32,260 bases of DNA from Candidatus Woesearchaeota archaeon (GTDB lineage Archaea > Nanobdellota > Nanobdellia > Woesearchaeales > JACPBO01), in NCBI GenBank assembly GCA_016180285.1, contig JACPBO010000007.1:1-32260 (forward strand), in the 5' to 3' direction. Every line of letters begins with the position of its first letter. Within the stretch, counting starts at the first letter, position 1. Shown here piece by piece: positions 7,053 to 16,920 of this stretch. Under the pieces are notes generated by a model. That model was not told where the DNA came from, made no database searches, and saw nothing but the letters and a program-made list of their open reading frames with translations. A program made the translations under genes and the position numbers.

Positions 7053-7571
7053 ATGGCTGATGCAAATCTTATTGTTACATATGATCCTGCCCATGCAGGA
7101 AGCACAAAAGCTGAGATAGAGGCGTTGCTGAAAGAGCTGAAAGTTAAGCCTAAATTTCTGAAATCAGGCATTGATGGGTTGTTTATGCTTCGGGTTTCAA
7201 ATCCCAAGAAGATTGTAAGCTCGCTGTTAAATAAGGCGAAAAAAGACATTTCAAAATTCGAGCAGACATTTCACTATACGCCGATAGACAAATGGGTTAA
7301 GGCAACTGTAAAGGACATGCAGAAAGGCATAAAGGGCTTTGTCAAGGATATAAAGCTGAATGACAAGTGGAAGATGGAATTGAATAAAAGGCACTATGAC
7401 AAGGAAGGCGTGACAGACCTTATACTTAAGCTTACAGAGGTTGTTGACAGGAAGAATGTTGATCTTGAAAAGCCGCAGAAGATAATAAAAGTCGAGATAT
7501 GCGGCAACAAGGCAGGGCTGGCTTTATTAAAGGCTGATGAATTGCTAGATGTGCCTAAGCTGAGAAAGTGA
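7053..7571 (+). CDS. THUMP domain RNA-binding protein (Tan1-like)
   Basis: WKMELNKRH and VDLEKPQKIIKVEICGNKAGL THUMP signature. GGGGTGA SD before ATG 7053 (GTG 7044 is an alternative). Confidence 0.85.
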   Translation: MADANLIVTYDPAHAGSTKAEIEALLKELKVKPKFLKSGIDGLFMLRVSNPKKIVSSLLNKAKKDISKFEQTFHYTPIDKWVKATVKDMQKGIKGFVKDIKLNDKWKMELNKRHYDKEGVTDLILKLTEVVDRKNVDLEKPQKIIKVEICGNKAGLALLKADELLDVPKLRK

Positions 7572-7611
7572 TTTCAGATTATTTTTATACCTGAATTACG
7601 GCCATATCTTC

Positions 7612-7655
7612 AGATGTTACTATTCTAGAATAGAAATGTTTATAAAGATGTTACT
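7612..7655 (+). promoter_or_regulatory. Promoter of purine operon with palindrome and direct repeats
   Basis: TTTATAAA (7639-7646), perfect palindrome CTATTCTAGAATAG (7620-7633), AGATGTTACT at 7612-7621 and 7646-7655. Confidence 0.55.
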
Positions 7656-7688
7656 TAACTTTATCTAATTGTTTCAAGAGGGGATGGA

Positions 7689-8279
7689 ATGATAGAAAAA
7701 GCTAAAACTATTTCAGTTATCGCTGTTGGGAACAGCAAGGAAGACAAAGTGCCTGATAGAAAGGGCATCGGGCAAAAAGACTATCTTGTCAGAAATTTTG
7801 GGCTTCAAATTGATGAACTAAATATTTCTAAATTGTGGCTAATAGAAACACAATCAAATAATGGCATCGATTACCGCAAGATAGCGGAAGAAATTTTGAT
7901 TAACCCCGTTGTTCATTCTTATATCGTGTATGTTGGTTTTGATCCTTTTGCAGAAAAAATTTTTAATAAAAAATATACTGGAGACTGGGTTTTGCGTTTT
8001 GGCTTTAAGACACAGCCCTTTGTTAGTGATGTAGAGGGCGAATTTGTCCAGCGAGCAGTAAAAGATGTTTTAGGAATAGATTTCAGCTCTTTAAGAACAG
8101 CAAGCCAGTATACATTTAGAGGAAAATTAAACAAAAGAGATCTTGAAGTAATTGCAAATCAAAGCCCGATTGACTCAAAATGCCATAAAGTCATTTATTT
8201 TCCTATTGACATGGATGATATGAACGCTATGCAAAGCCCTATTAGCAAAAGGCACCAGAAATTGATTTACAGAAAATAA
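7689..8279 (+). CDS. purS: Tandem-duplicated PurS-like FGAM synthase subunit
   Basis: Two PurS-like units (IAEEILINPVVHSY; PFVSDVEG...RTASQYTF) directly upstream of purL. Confidence 0.65.
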   Translation: MIEKAKTISVIAVGNSKEDKVPDRKGIGQKDYLVRNFGLQIDELNISKLWLIETQSNNGIDYRKIAEEILINPVVHSYIVYVGFDPFAEKIFNKKYTGDWVLRFGFKTQPFVSDVEGEFVQRAVKDVLGIDFSSLRTASQYTFRGKLNKRDLEVIANQSPIDSKCHKVIYFPIDMDDMNAMQSPISKRHQKLIYRK

Positions 8280-8281
8280 AA

Positions 8282-10924
8282 ATGGCAATAGACGAATCAG
8301 TAAAATTTGAATGGGGAAAATTTTTGAATTTAAAACGTGAAGAGCTTGATAGTTTTGTTGCCCATCACAGATTGGCTTTTCTTCCAGGCGAGGCTGCAGT
8401 TGTTCAGAAAGAAATGAAAAAAGAACTTCCCTACTGGAAAAATAAAGGCATCGAAATAAATTCTGATTTTACGCAAATGTTTCTTAAGATGGCTGATCAG
8501 CAGTGGTGCGAGCATTCGGCGCATGGAACAAGCAAAGGAAGAATAAAACTTCTCGATTATTCTCTTGGCAATGGCATTGAACCAACCGTAACGCAATATG
8601 AAAACCTCATCAAGGAAACAATCTTCCATGCTTCTGAATTTTTAAATAAAGATTTTGTCGCATCAATGTTCAAGGATGATGCAGGCATAATGTATATTGG
8701 TATTTTTGAAGGCAGCAAAGTTGGTTTCGACCATAAAAAATTTGTCAAGCTTGGCCTTGCGTACAAATGTGAAACACATAACTTTCCATTCAAGATCTAC
8801 CCAATAGGCGGCACAGAAACAGCATTAGGCGGAGACTTGAGAGACATCTTGGCAGTTCTTGGCGATGTAAGAGGAGCAACTTATGTTTTATGCCTTGCGC
8901 CTCCTAGCTTAGATACCAAGAAAGTTCCAAAAGGAGTTCATCCCCCGATTCAATATCTTCTTGAAGGCATACGGGGCAATGAGAGTTATGGAAATAAATT
9001 CGGAGTTCCTACAGTAATCTCAAAAATAGAAGCCAATAGAATATTTGCCACTAATCCTTTGTGTTTCTCTGGTGCTTTTGGCGTAGTGGATATTGACGAA
9101 TATCTTAAGGCACAAAGGATTATGCCGGGAGATAAACTCGTTGCATGGGGGGGCGCAACAGGAAGAGATGGCTTAGAGGGCGCCGCAATGGCTTCAATGG
9201 GGGGCCACTTTATTGGCAAAGGAGCGCAAACAGAAATCGAGAAAAAACAGGCAGAAAGGCTGAGCGGCGCAGTTCAAATCGGAAATCCTATTGTTCAGCA
9301 GGCATGGGCTTACATTCTTAACAGATTTATTTTTCCAATGAGCATAATAACCCGGCAAAGAGATACTGGCGGTGGCGGCTATAATGCAAGTTGCTTTGAA
9401 TTGTTTGAAATGAGCAATGGCGGAGTTCTTTATCTGGATAGGATATGGACAAAAGAAAAAGGCTTAACAGATCTTGAATTGATTTTGTCAGAATCACAGG
9501 AAAGGCAGACTGCAACTGTTCGGCCACAGCACGCAAAAACATTAGTGGAAACAATGAGGCATTTTGGCGTCCCTGCAGCTGTTTTAGGAACTTGCACAGG
9601 AGATGGCAGAATCAGATTAACGAAGAATAACGGAAAGACCATTGTTTTTGATGCAAGTGTTAATTTCCTAAGAAACGGAAAACCTAAGGTTGAAAGAACA
9701 GCTATTTACAAAGAGTTGATTTTGCCCGAGCCCATAATAAAAAGAAAGAAGAAATATACAGAAGACCTTCTTAACATACTTGCAAATCCAACAATAGCCA
9801 GCAATGAGATGGTCATGGCCAGGAAATTCGACCATCATGTCGGCAATGCAACTGTCCACGGCCCATTCTCAGGCCCTCATTATGATGCGCCAAATGATGC
9901 TGCTGTGACTCAGCTATTTATGGATTACTATAACGGCGAAGTTCTTTCTATAGCAATTAACTCGAGAAGGGGAATAAAGAGCGTCAGGGATATGGTTAAG
10001 TCAATGTTTGATGAAGGCATTATGAAAAATATACTTGCTGGAGGAAATCCTTATTATATGGGGACAGGAGACAATTGGTCATTTGCAAACATAAAAAGGG
10101 ATGATGAGGAATTAGGAAAAATGGCTGTCGGTTATCAGACATTTGCCGACATGGTTGTTTTATTTGAGGCGCCAGGCATAGTAGGCAAAGACAGCTCTAA
10201 TAATAACCATATGGAAGGAGGAGAAAAGTACTATATACCCGCGATACTTCATTTTTCAGCATTGTCAATTATAGATGATGTAAGAAAAACATTAACATCA
10301 TTTGCAAAAAATCCCGGAAATCTGATTTATCTTGCTGGTTCGCCCACTAAAGCAGAACTGGGCGGCTCTCTATTTTACGCAATACAGAACTTCAAAAGAA
10401 AAGGAAAAGAAGAGTTTTCAGGAGGGAAACCCGAATACCATGTTGACGGATATATTGGCAATAAAGTTCCTAAAGTGGATGAGCAATTTGCAAAAATAAC
10501 GTATCATGACATATATCATATCATGCAAAATTGTGTGAATGCAGATCCAAGAGAAAGCATTATCCGCTCTTCAAAAGCAGTTGCAGCCGGTGGCCTTGCG
10601 ACTGCCCTGGCATCAATGGCTTATGGTGGAAGACATGGAATGCAAATAACGCTTTGTGATAAATCTTTTTCAGCACTAGAAAACCACGAGATTTTATTCT
10701 CAGAAACTCTTACAAGAGCATTATTTGAAGTAGATGCACGCAGGCGTAAAGAATTTGAGAATATAATGGACAGAACGAATACCCCTTATGCTTTAATAGG
10801 CCGCATAGACTCTACCCAAGATTTCAAAGTTGTCTGCCCTGACTCAACGCTTGCTGTTTCGACAACACTGGATAAAATAGGAAAAGCATGGAAATCTGCT
10901 TACAATTTCGCAGAGCTTCCATGA
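8282..10924 (+). CDS. purL: Phosphoribosylformylglycinamidine synthase, synthetase subunit PurL
   Basis: WCEH, DDAG, KCETHNFP, YGNKFGVP, TGRDG..GA, VQIGNP, RDTGGGG, LSESQER, GKDS and LFSE motifs. Confidence 0.93.
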   Translation: MAIDESVKFEWGKFLNLKREELDSFVAHHRLAFLPGEAAVVQKEMKKELPYWKNKGIEINSDFTQMFLKMADQQWCEHSAHGTSKGRIKLLDYSLGNGIEPTVTQYENLIKETIFHASEFLNKDFVASMFKDDAGIMYIGIFEGSKVGFDHKKFVKLGLAYKCETHNFPFKIYPIGGTETALGGDLRDILAVLGDVRGATYVLCLAPPSLDTKKVPKGVHPPIQYLLEGIRGNESYGNKFGVPTVISKIEANRIFATNPLCFSGAFGVVDIDEYLKAQRIMPGDKLVAWGGATGRDGLEGAAMASMGGHFIGKGAQTEIEKKQAERLSGAVQIGNPIVQQAWAYILNRFIFPMSIITRQRDTGGGGYNASCFELFEMSNGGVLYLDRIWTKEKGLTDLELILSESQERQTATVRPQHAKTLVETMRHFGVPAAVLGTCTGDGRIRLTKNNGKTIVFDASVNFLRNGKPKVERTAIYKELILPEPIIKRKKKYTEDLLNILANPTIASNEMVMARKFDHHVGNATVHGPFSGPHYDAPNDAAVTQLFMDYYNGEVLSIAINSRRGIKSVRDMVKSMFDEGIMKNILAGGNPYYMGTGDNWSFANIKRDDEELGKMAVGYQTFADMVVLFEAPGIVGKDSSNNNHMEGGEKYYIPAILHFSALSIIDDVRKTLTSFAKNPGNLIYLAGSPTKAELGGSLFYAIQNFKRKGKEEFSGGKPEYHVDGYIGNKVPKVDEQFAKITYHDIYHIMQNCVNADPRESIIRSSKAVAAGGLATALASMAYGGRHGMQITLCDKSFSALENHEILFSETLTRALFEVDARRRKEFENIMDRTNTPYALIGRIDSTQDFKVVCPDSTLAVSTTLDKIGKAWKSAYNFAELP

Positions 10925-11748
10925 ATAAAATGAAGACAAAAAAACCAAAAGCCGCGATATTGTGGTTGCCTGGAAAAAACAGGTATAGGGAAAGTGAATG
11001 GTCATTGAAGCATGTTGGCTTTGAAGTAGAGTACGTCTTCATGAATGACCTGCTCTTAAAAAAGAAAAGTGTTCTCGAATACTCTTTGATATTTGATATT
11101 GGGGGATTCGGCTTCGGGGATTATAACTTTGCGGGTTCACTGGCTGGAAAATATTTCCTGCACCCCAATGTGAAATCTGAAATGGAGCGGTTTGTAGAAG
11201 AAGGAAGGCTTTTATTGGGGGTATGCAATGGTTTTCAAGACTTGACAGTGGCTGGGCTTATTTCAACTTCAAAAAAACCATTTGGAGAGGTTGATTTGGC
11301 GCTTTATGATACGGATGCTGGAAGATTTATGGATTATCCCGTGAGCCTTAACAATGTCAACAGAGGAAAATGCATTTGGACAAAAGGGATTGAAGAAGTG
11401 CTTCTCATGCACATGGATAATGGTGAAGGAAAGCTGGTCACAAAAGGATATTATCGCAATGATCTTGCTGTTTTGAAAAAACTTTGGAATAATGACCAAG
11501 TTGTATTTGCATATGTTAAGCCTAAAGGGCAGATGCTGGGGAAAAGAGAAAGCAATCTAAGAGCAGATCCAACAGGCTCTGTTGACCATATTGCAGGCAT
11601 ATGCAACTATAAAGGCAATGTGCTCGGGATGATGCCTCATCCAGAAACAACTAATCCGCTGTCAGATCCTTTGTGGACAAGAGATGGGGCCAGAAAAGAG
11701 CCTTCGGGCTTAATTTTGTTCAGAAATGCTTACGAGTATGTTAAATGA
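10921..11748 (+). CDS. purQ: FGAM synthase glutaminase subunit PurQ
   Basis: PGxN, GGFGFGDY, LGVCNGFQ (catalytic Cys) and GMMPHPE triad. ATGA overlap with purL. Confidence 0.95.
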   Translation: MNKMKTKKPKAAILWLPGKNRYRESEWSLKHVGFEVEYVFMNDLLLKKKSVLEYSLIFDIGGFGFGDYNFAGSLAGKYFLHPNVKSEMERFVEEGRLLLGVCNGFQDLTVAGLISTSKKPFGEVDLALYDTDAGRFMDYPVSLNNVNRGKCIWTKGIEEVLLMHMDNGEGKLVTKGYYRNDLAVLKKLWNNDQVVFAYVKPKGQMLGKRESNLRADPTGSVDHIAGICNYKGNVLGMMPHPETTNPLSDPLWTRDGARKEPSGLILFRNAYEYVK

Positions 11749-11757
11749 GGTGAAAAA

Positions 11758-13170
11758 ATGCCAAAAGATGCTGAGGAGAGCATATCTGCGCGGGAAATTG
11801 TTAGAAAACCAGATCCAATAAAAGACAAGTTGGATGAACTGATTGAAGATGCTCTTGGTGAATTTTCCTCTAATAAAGCGGAAGAAATGGAAGAGCCTGA
11901 CATTGCCAGCATTGACAAAGATGCAATAGGCTTTGAAAATATTCATATGCCGCAAGATACAGATCGCACTACTCGTAAACTATTGTATTTGATTGTATCA
12001 GAGGCAATTAGAGGCAGAGCAACCGATTTATATTTTGAATTATTTGGGAATAGGCTGAAAGTCAGATATGTAATAGATGGTGTGCCTTACGAGACGCCTG
12101 CGCCACCAAGACGGCTTTACAAGGATATTGCACTGGATTTAGAGGCAGAGTTTGGTATTCTGAAAATAACAAAGAAACAATTAACAGGGTGGGAGAAGAT
12201 AGTGAAAACTTTAAAACATATGGTCGGATTAGGCTTGTTTGAACCAGAATCTGAAATTATTACTAAGCTTCGTGAATTTAATGATGGTGATCTCGCGTCA
12301 GTAACATCAAGGGGGATTAACTTTAACTTAATGAAGGTTGCATCAAAATACGGCCTTCAATATCGCTTAAAAATTTTTCGTGTAAATGAATTCAGCAATT
12401 TAGAAGATTTATTTCCATTGAAAAGCGTTGAAAAAATAAGGGAAGGGATGCTCAAAAAAGAAAAAGGGCTTGTACTGGTGGCTGGCGCTCCTAACAGTGG
12501 CAGAACAACAACACTTTATCACCTATTGAGTTATGCAAATAATTATGATAAGGTAAGTGTAGCAATTGGAAGATGTTATGCTCCGGAAAGTGTGCATCAA
12601 TTTTTGGTCAGACCCACAAATCTAAATTATGCTGATACACTAAAAGCTATCAGAAATCTTAATCCAAATGTTGTATTGTTAGATAATATAGAAGACAGTA
12701 AAACTGCAAAAGAAGCCATTTATTACGCATCCAGCGGGGCATTAGTTCTTGCTTCCGTCCCTTCAAATGACGCAATAACTGGAATCAACTACTTGTTAAG
12801 CCTGGGAGTAAATTCAAGTTTGCTTGCTGATTCTTTGCAAGGAGTTATAGGCCAAACACTTGTAAGAAAAATTTGCGATAAATGCAAAGAAGAGTACAAG
12901 CCACATGAAGAGCTTCTTAAAGAACTTAAGCTGGCTAAAGACTTGACAGCTCATTATGGAGAAGGTTGTGATGAATGCAGACATGGAGGATATCTAGGCA
13001 GAATTCCCATCTCTCAGGTCATAGGACCTGAAGACAAAGAAATGGGTATGATTAAAACAGAGCTTAAAGAAGGTAGGTCGGTTGAAAGAATAGCCCCTTC
13101 TTTGCAAGAGCTTGGCAAAGAAGAAATGTTTAAGGGTTTAACGACTATTGAAGAACTTTTAAAAATTTAA
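11758..13170 (+). CDS. GspE/PulE/PilB-family secretion ATPase homolog with degenerate catalytic motifs
   Basis: A.RGRATDLYFE...VRYVIDG N2 domain, GLVLVAGAPNSGRTTTLY, QTLVRKICDKC...GCDECRHGGYLGRIPI zinc motif and C-terminal GLTTIEE. Confidence 0.85.
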   Translation: MPKDAEESISAREIVRKPDPIKDKLDELIEDALGEFSSNKAEEMEEPDIASIDKDAIGFENIHMPQDTDRTTRKLLYLIVSEAIRGRATDLYFELFGNRLKVRYVIDGVPYETPAPPRRLYKDIALDLEAEFGILKITKKQLTGWEKIVKTLKHMVGLGLFEPESEIITKLREFNDGDLASVTSRGINFNLMKVASKYGLQYRLKIFRVNEFSNLEDLFPLKSVEKIREGMLKKEKGLVLVAGAPNSGRTTTLYHLLSYANNYDKVSVAIGRCYAPESVHQFLVRPTNLNYADTLKAIRNLNPNVVLLDNIEDSKTAKEAIYYASSGALVLASVPSNDAITGINYLLSLGVNSSLLADSLQGVIGQTLVRKICDKCKEEYKPHEELLKELKLAKDLTAHYGEGCDECRHGGYLGRIPISQVIGPEDKEMGMIKTELKEGRSVERIAPSLQELGKEEMFKGLTTIEELLKI

Positions 13171-13194
13171 ACATGAAAATGAGAGGAAAAATTA

Positions 13195-14745
13195 TTGAAG
13201 ATAAAAAATCCAAATAAGATGATCAAAATAATCGACTGCGGAAGCCAATTGACGCAGAACATTGCGAGAAGAATCCGCGAGCTTGGAGTTTATACAGAGA
13301 TTGTGCCTTATCACGCTCCTAAAGAGAATATATTGACTGGTGATCTGGAAGGCATCATTATTTCAGGCGGGCAGTTCAGCGTTTATGACAAAGGATCTCC
13401 TCTTTGCCAAAAAGAAATTCTTAATGCAAATATCCCGATTCTGGGCATATGCTATGGCCAGCAATCAATTGCTCATCTTTTAGAAGGCAGGGTTGCATCA
13501 ACAGAAAAAAGGGAATACGGCAGGACAAGAGTAAGGATTGTGAAAGAAAGCCCTCTTTTCAGAGAGATAGCTGATAAAGAAATTGATGTGTGGATGAGCC
13601 ATGGCGATATTGTGGAAGTTCTACCGCCTGGAATTGAGACTGTCGCATTGTCGCAAAACAACCATATTGCAGCAATGCAGAATTGTGAGAAGGGAATTTA
13701 TGCTGTTCAGTTTCATCCAGAAGTTGACCACACGCAGCATGGAAGAAAGATATTGAATAATTTCATAGACATATGCAATGCGCAAAGAACATGGGACCCT
13801 GAAAAAGAATATGACAGAATTGTTGCATATCTGGAAGAGAAGGTAAAAGGGAAAATCGGAGTCGGCGGTATAAGCGGAGGCGTTGATTCCTCAGCAGCAT
13901 CTGTTTTATTAAGCAAAATTGCTGGAAGGGACTATCATCCAATATTCGTGGATAATGGATTGTTAAGGCTGAATGAAGCTGAGGAAGTAAGAAGAAGCCT
14001 TGAGCCATTTGAGTTAAATATAACGTATGTTGATGCCGGCGAGAGATTTCTTTCAAAATTAAAAGGCGTTGTTGACCCGGATGAAAAAAGAAAAATAATA
14101 GGCAATGAATTCATAGCTGTTTTTGAGGAAGAAGCAGGAAAGATTTCAGGAGTGACTTATCTCTTGCAGGGCACCCTCTATCCAGATGTTATAGAAAGCG
14201 TTCCTATATATGGGTCTTCTTCAAAAATAAAAAGGCACCATAATGTCGGAGGACTGCCAGAAAAAATGGGTTTGAAGGTTGTTGAGCCATTCAATCGCTT
14301 ATTTAAAGACGAGGTAAGAAAGATAGCAGAAGATAAGCTTAAAATGCCAAAAGAAATTGTGTGGCGGCAGCCTTTCCCAGGCCCGGGATTGGCTGTGCGC
14401 ATTATAGGAGAAATTACGCCTGGAAAATTGTCGATAGTGAGAAGAGCTGATGCTATCTTTATTGAAGAGCTGAAGAAAAGAGACCTTTATTACAAAATCA
14501 GCCAGGCATTTGCTGTTTTAACAGATACTAAATCAGTCGGGGTTATGGGAGATGCCGGCACTTATCAGGCCAATATTGGGCTGCGGGCTGTAGTAACAAA
14601 GGATTACATGACTGCGGATATTTATCATTTTGACTGGAACGATCTGCAAGCAATAACCAACAGGATCATTAATGAAGTCAAAGGCATCAATAATGTCGCT
14701 TATTATTTAGGCCAAAAGCCGCCTGCTACAATAGAATTGGAGTGA
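13195..14745 (+). CDS. guaA: GMP synthase (glutamine-hydrolysing), fused GATase plus synthetase
   Basis: GSQ, ILGICYG, WMSHGD, QFHPE, SGGVDS, QGTLYPDVIES, HHNVGG, PFPGPGL and KPPATIE motifs. TTG start after GAGAGG (ATG 13219 is an alternative). Confidence 0.97.
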   Translation: MKIKNPNKMIKIIDCGSQLTQNIARRIRELGVYTEIVPYHAPKENILTGDLEGIIISGGQFSVYDKGSPLCQKEILNANIPILGICYGQQSIAHLLEGRVASTEKREYGRTRVRIVKESPLFREIADKEIDVWMSHGDIVEVLPPGIETVALSQNNHIAAMQNCEKGIYAVQFHPEVDHTQHGRKILNNFIDICNAQRTWDPEKEYDRIVAYLEEKVKGKIGVGGISGGVDSSAASVLLSKIAGRDYHPIFVDNGLLRLNEAEEVRRSLEPFELNITYVDAGERFLSKLKGVVDPDEKRKIIGNEFIAVFEEEAGKISGVTYLLQGTLYPDVIESVPIYGSSSKIKRHHNVGGLPEKMGLKVVEPFNRLFKDEVRKIAEDKLKMPKEIVWRQPFPGPGLAVRIIGEITPGKLSIVRRADAIFIEELKKRDLYYKISQAFAVLTDTKSVGVMGDAGTYQANIGLRAVVTKDYMTADIYHFDWNDLQAITNRIINEVKGINNVAYYLGQKPPATIELE

Positions 14746-14750
14746 TAAAA

Positions 14751-16022
14751 ATGACACAAAAATTGGGCGAAGATTATGAAGAGAGAGAAGGAAAGTCTGT
14801 AGATGCTGCTAAAAGGGCAATTAAGAAGTCAAAAGCAAATTTGTCTTCGAGGCAGATTATAAAAGGGTTTTTTGCAGACCTATATCAGAGTCATGTTTAT
14901 GAGAAGTACTTTTCTTTCTCAACCTGTGACAGTGTAGGCAGCAAATTAATGCTGGCTCATGCATCTGTGCAGTATCCTGAATTATCAGATCTTCTGCAAA
15001 AACAAAGAACAGCGTCAATTGCGGGAAAATTTGATACAGTCGCAATTGATGCTATTGCGATGAATGCTAATGACGCTGCGCCATGGGGAAGCGCATTTTT
15101 TGACCAGCTGACCAAATTTACAGCATGCCAGGCTGCTTATGAAGAAAAAGAGGTTTCAGGAGATGTTGAGCTTGGGCTTATAAAAGCAATGAAACTAGCA
15201 GATGTTTCTGACATTCTTGGGGTGCCTAAAATAAATCTCGGAAAATGTGAAACAGCATCCTTAGACGAAACAATAACAACAGTTGATGAAACTCATGGCT
15301 TTGAGCTGGTTTTTTCAGGTTTCGGGTTTATTAGCAGAAAGGATGTTTTCGAGAAAGGATTCACAGAAGAAGATGGATTCAGGTTTTCTATAAGGCCGAA
15401 GCAAATTATTGTTGGATTTGAGTCATCCGGCCTTCAGTCAAATGGCTATACTGCAGCAAGATTGAGGTCATTGAATGGAAGTTTTGAAAAAAGATACAAG
15501 TACAAAAAAGAGTATACTGGAAGATTTAACCTTGACGATAAAGTCCCTGGCTATGATGGAAAAACTTTTTTAGAAGTGCTGCTGGAGCCGACTATAATCT
15601 ATTCAAGGGCAATGGCGAGGATTGCAAAAGAATTCCCCTATGTCATTGGCGTCAATATAACAGGAAACGGACTGGCTAATTTTAATAGGGCTGGCAAAAA
15701 TGTGAAATATGTTATTGATAATCCAATCACGCCGCAGCCAATATTCAAATTATTTGAAGAAGAAGTGGAAAGGCAATTCAAAGAAGGAAAGATTCCAGAA
15801 AAAGCAAGGTATGATACAAAAAAACTATACCGAAAACTGAATATGGGAATGGGGTTTGCGTGCATCATAAATGGGAATGATGCTGATAAAGCAATTGAAT
15901 TAGCTAAGCAAGAAGGGATCAAAGGCAAGATAATAGGTTATGTGGCTTCCGGCTCTGGCAATTTAAAAACAGCACTCATCCTGCCAGGAAAAAAGCCTGT
16001 TGTTTTTGAAGGTTATATGTGA
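14751..16022 (+). CDS. purM: Phosphoribosylformylglycinamidine cyclo-ligase (AIR synthetase), divergent
   Basis: DSVGSK, IAMNAND, ETA, SSGLQSNGY, LLEPTIIY, ITGNGL and NMGMG motifs in PurM order. Confidence 0.85.
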   Translation: MTQKLGEDYEEREGKSVDAAKRAIKKSKANLSSRQIIKGFFADLYQSHVYEKYFSFSTCDSVGSKLMLAHASVQYPELSDLLQKQRTASIAGKFDTVAIDAIAMNANDAAPWGSAFFDQLTKFTACQAAYEEKEVSGDVELGLIKAMKLADVSDILGVPKINLGKCETASLDETITTVDETHGFELVFSGFGFISRKDVFEKGFTEEDGFRFSIRPKQIIVGFESSGLQSNGYTAARLRSLNGSFEKRYKYKKEYTGRFNLDDKVPGYDGKTFLEVLLEPTIIYSRAMARIAKEFPYVIGVNITGNGLANFNRAGKNVKYVIDNPITPQPIFKLFEEEVERQFKEGKIPEKARYDTKKLYRKLNMGMGFACIINGNDADKAIELAKQEGIKGKIIGYVASGSGNLKTALILPGKKPVVFEGYM

Positions 16023-16046
16023 TTGAAGTCAAGGAGGAAAAAAATA

Positions 16047-16910
16047 ATGGCGAGGTTAAATGTTATATTCGGCTCAATAAGCGATGAAGAAAAAGTTTTA
16101 CCTGGTGTTGTAAGAGCAACAAAAAATATCCCGGAATTAGAAGTTGTAGTTCATTATGCTTCTGCCGATAATACGCCTGTTAAAGTTGAAACTATTATGA
16201 GCGCGCTTAGTTCACAGAAAGGGAAAAAGGTTTATATAAGCGGAGCAGGAATGAGCAACGTGCTCACAGGAGTTGTAAGGCGCTATGCAGCATTAAATGA
16301 CCTTGTCATTGGCGTTCCAATAAAAGATAAAGTTACAGACGGGGAAAGCTCATTTTTATCGACAGCTGAGAAGCCTCCTTTGAATGCAGTTTTAACAGTT
16401 GGCCTTGATAACAGTTATGCTGCTTTAAACATAGGGCACAGATTTCTAAATGGGCGATTTAACAATGACGTTGTTGTTTTAGACAATGATGGCATTAACA
16501 AAATCCAGATGGATGAACTAAAAAAATGTCTTTGCGACTTAAAAATAGATTATAAAATATCTGATAAAATTGACAAGGACGATATAGTTATAACTGTCTT
16601 TGGCGATATGCGCGGTTATTTGCATTATGTAGACAATATTTTGAGAAAGGGAAGCGGTGTGCAAATAGGCGTAAGACATCAAAACAATTCCAATGCTTCG
16701 GAGTATAAAGAACGCTTAGGTGAAAAAGAAATAGAAACAACAGGAATTGTAAGCGCAGCATCATACATAAATGCAGTTCAAATCGTTGCGCAACTAACTC
16801 AGCATTGTTATGCTTTAAAAATAATAAAGGAAAAGAAACAAGCAAAAATGGATGATTTGAACAAACATAGAGGATTGCTTGTCATTAATGGAGAAATAAC
16901 TAAATTATGA
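16047..16910 (+). CDS. purE: PurE-like AIR carboxylase/mutase with second degenerate PurE-like domain
   Basis: VIFGSISD, ISGAGMSNVLTGVV, VIGVP, SFLSTAEKPP..AVLTVG..NSYAA; AGGAGG SD before ATG 16047. Confidence 0.8.
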   Translation: MARLNVIFGSISDEEKVLPGVVRATKNIPELEVVVHYASADNTPVKVETIMSALSSQKGKKVYISGAGMSNVLTGVVRRYAALNDLVIGVPIKDKVTDGESSFLSTAEKPPLNAVLTVGLDNSYAALNIGHRFLNGRFNNDVVVLDNDGINKIQMDELKKCLCDLKIDYKISDKIDKDDIVITVFGDMRGYLHYVDNILRKGSGVQIGVRHQNNSNASEYKERLGEKEIETTGIVSAASYINAVQIVAQLTQHCYALKIIKEKKQAKMDDLNKHRGLLVINGEITKL

Positions 16911-16920
16911 GGTGAATGAA

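Noticed and set aside
8768..8788. PurL HNHP motif reading HNFP as possible inactivation
   Set aside because: The first, catalytic His is retained, and HNFP occurs in functional eukaryotic-type FGAM synthases.
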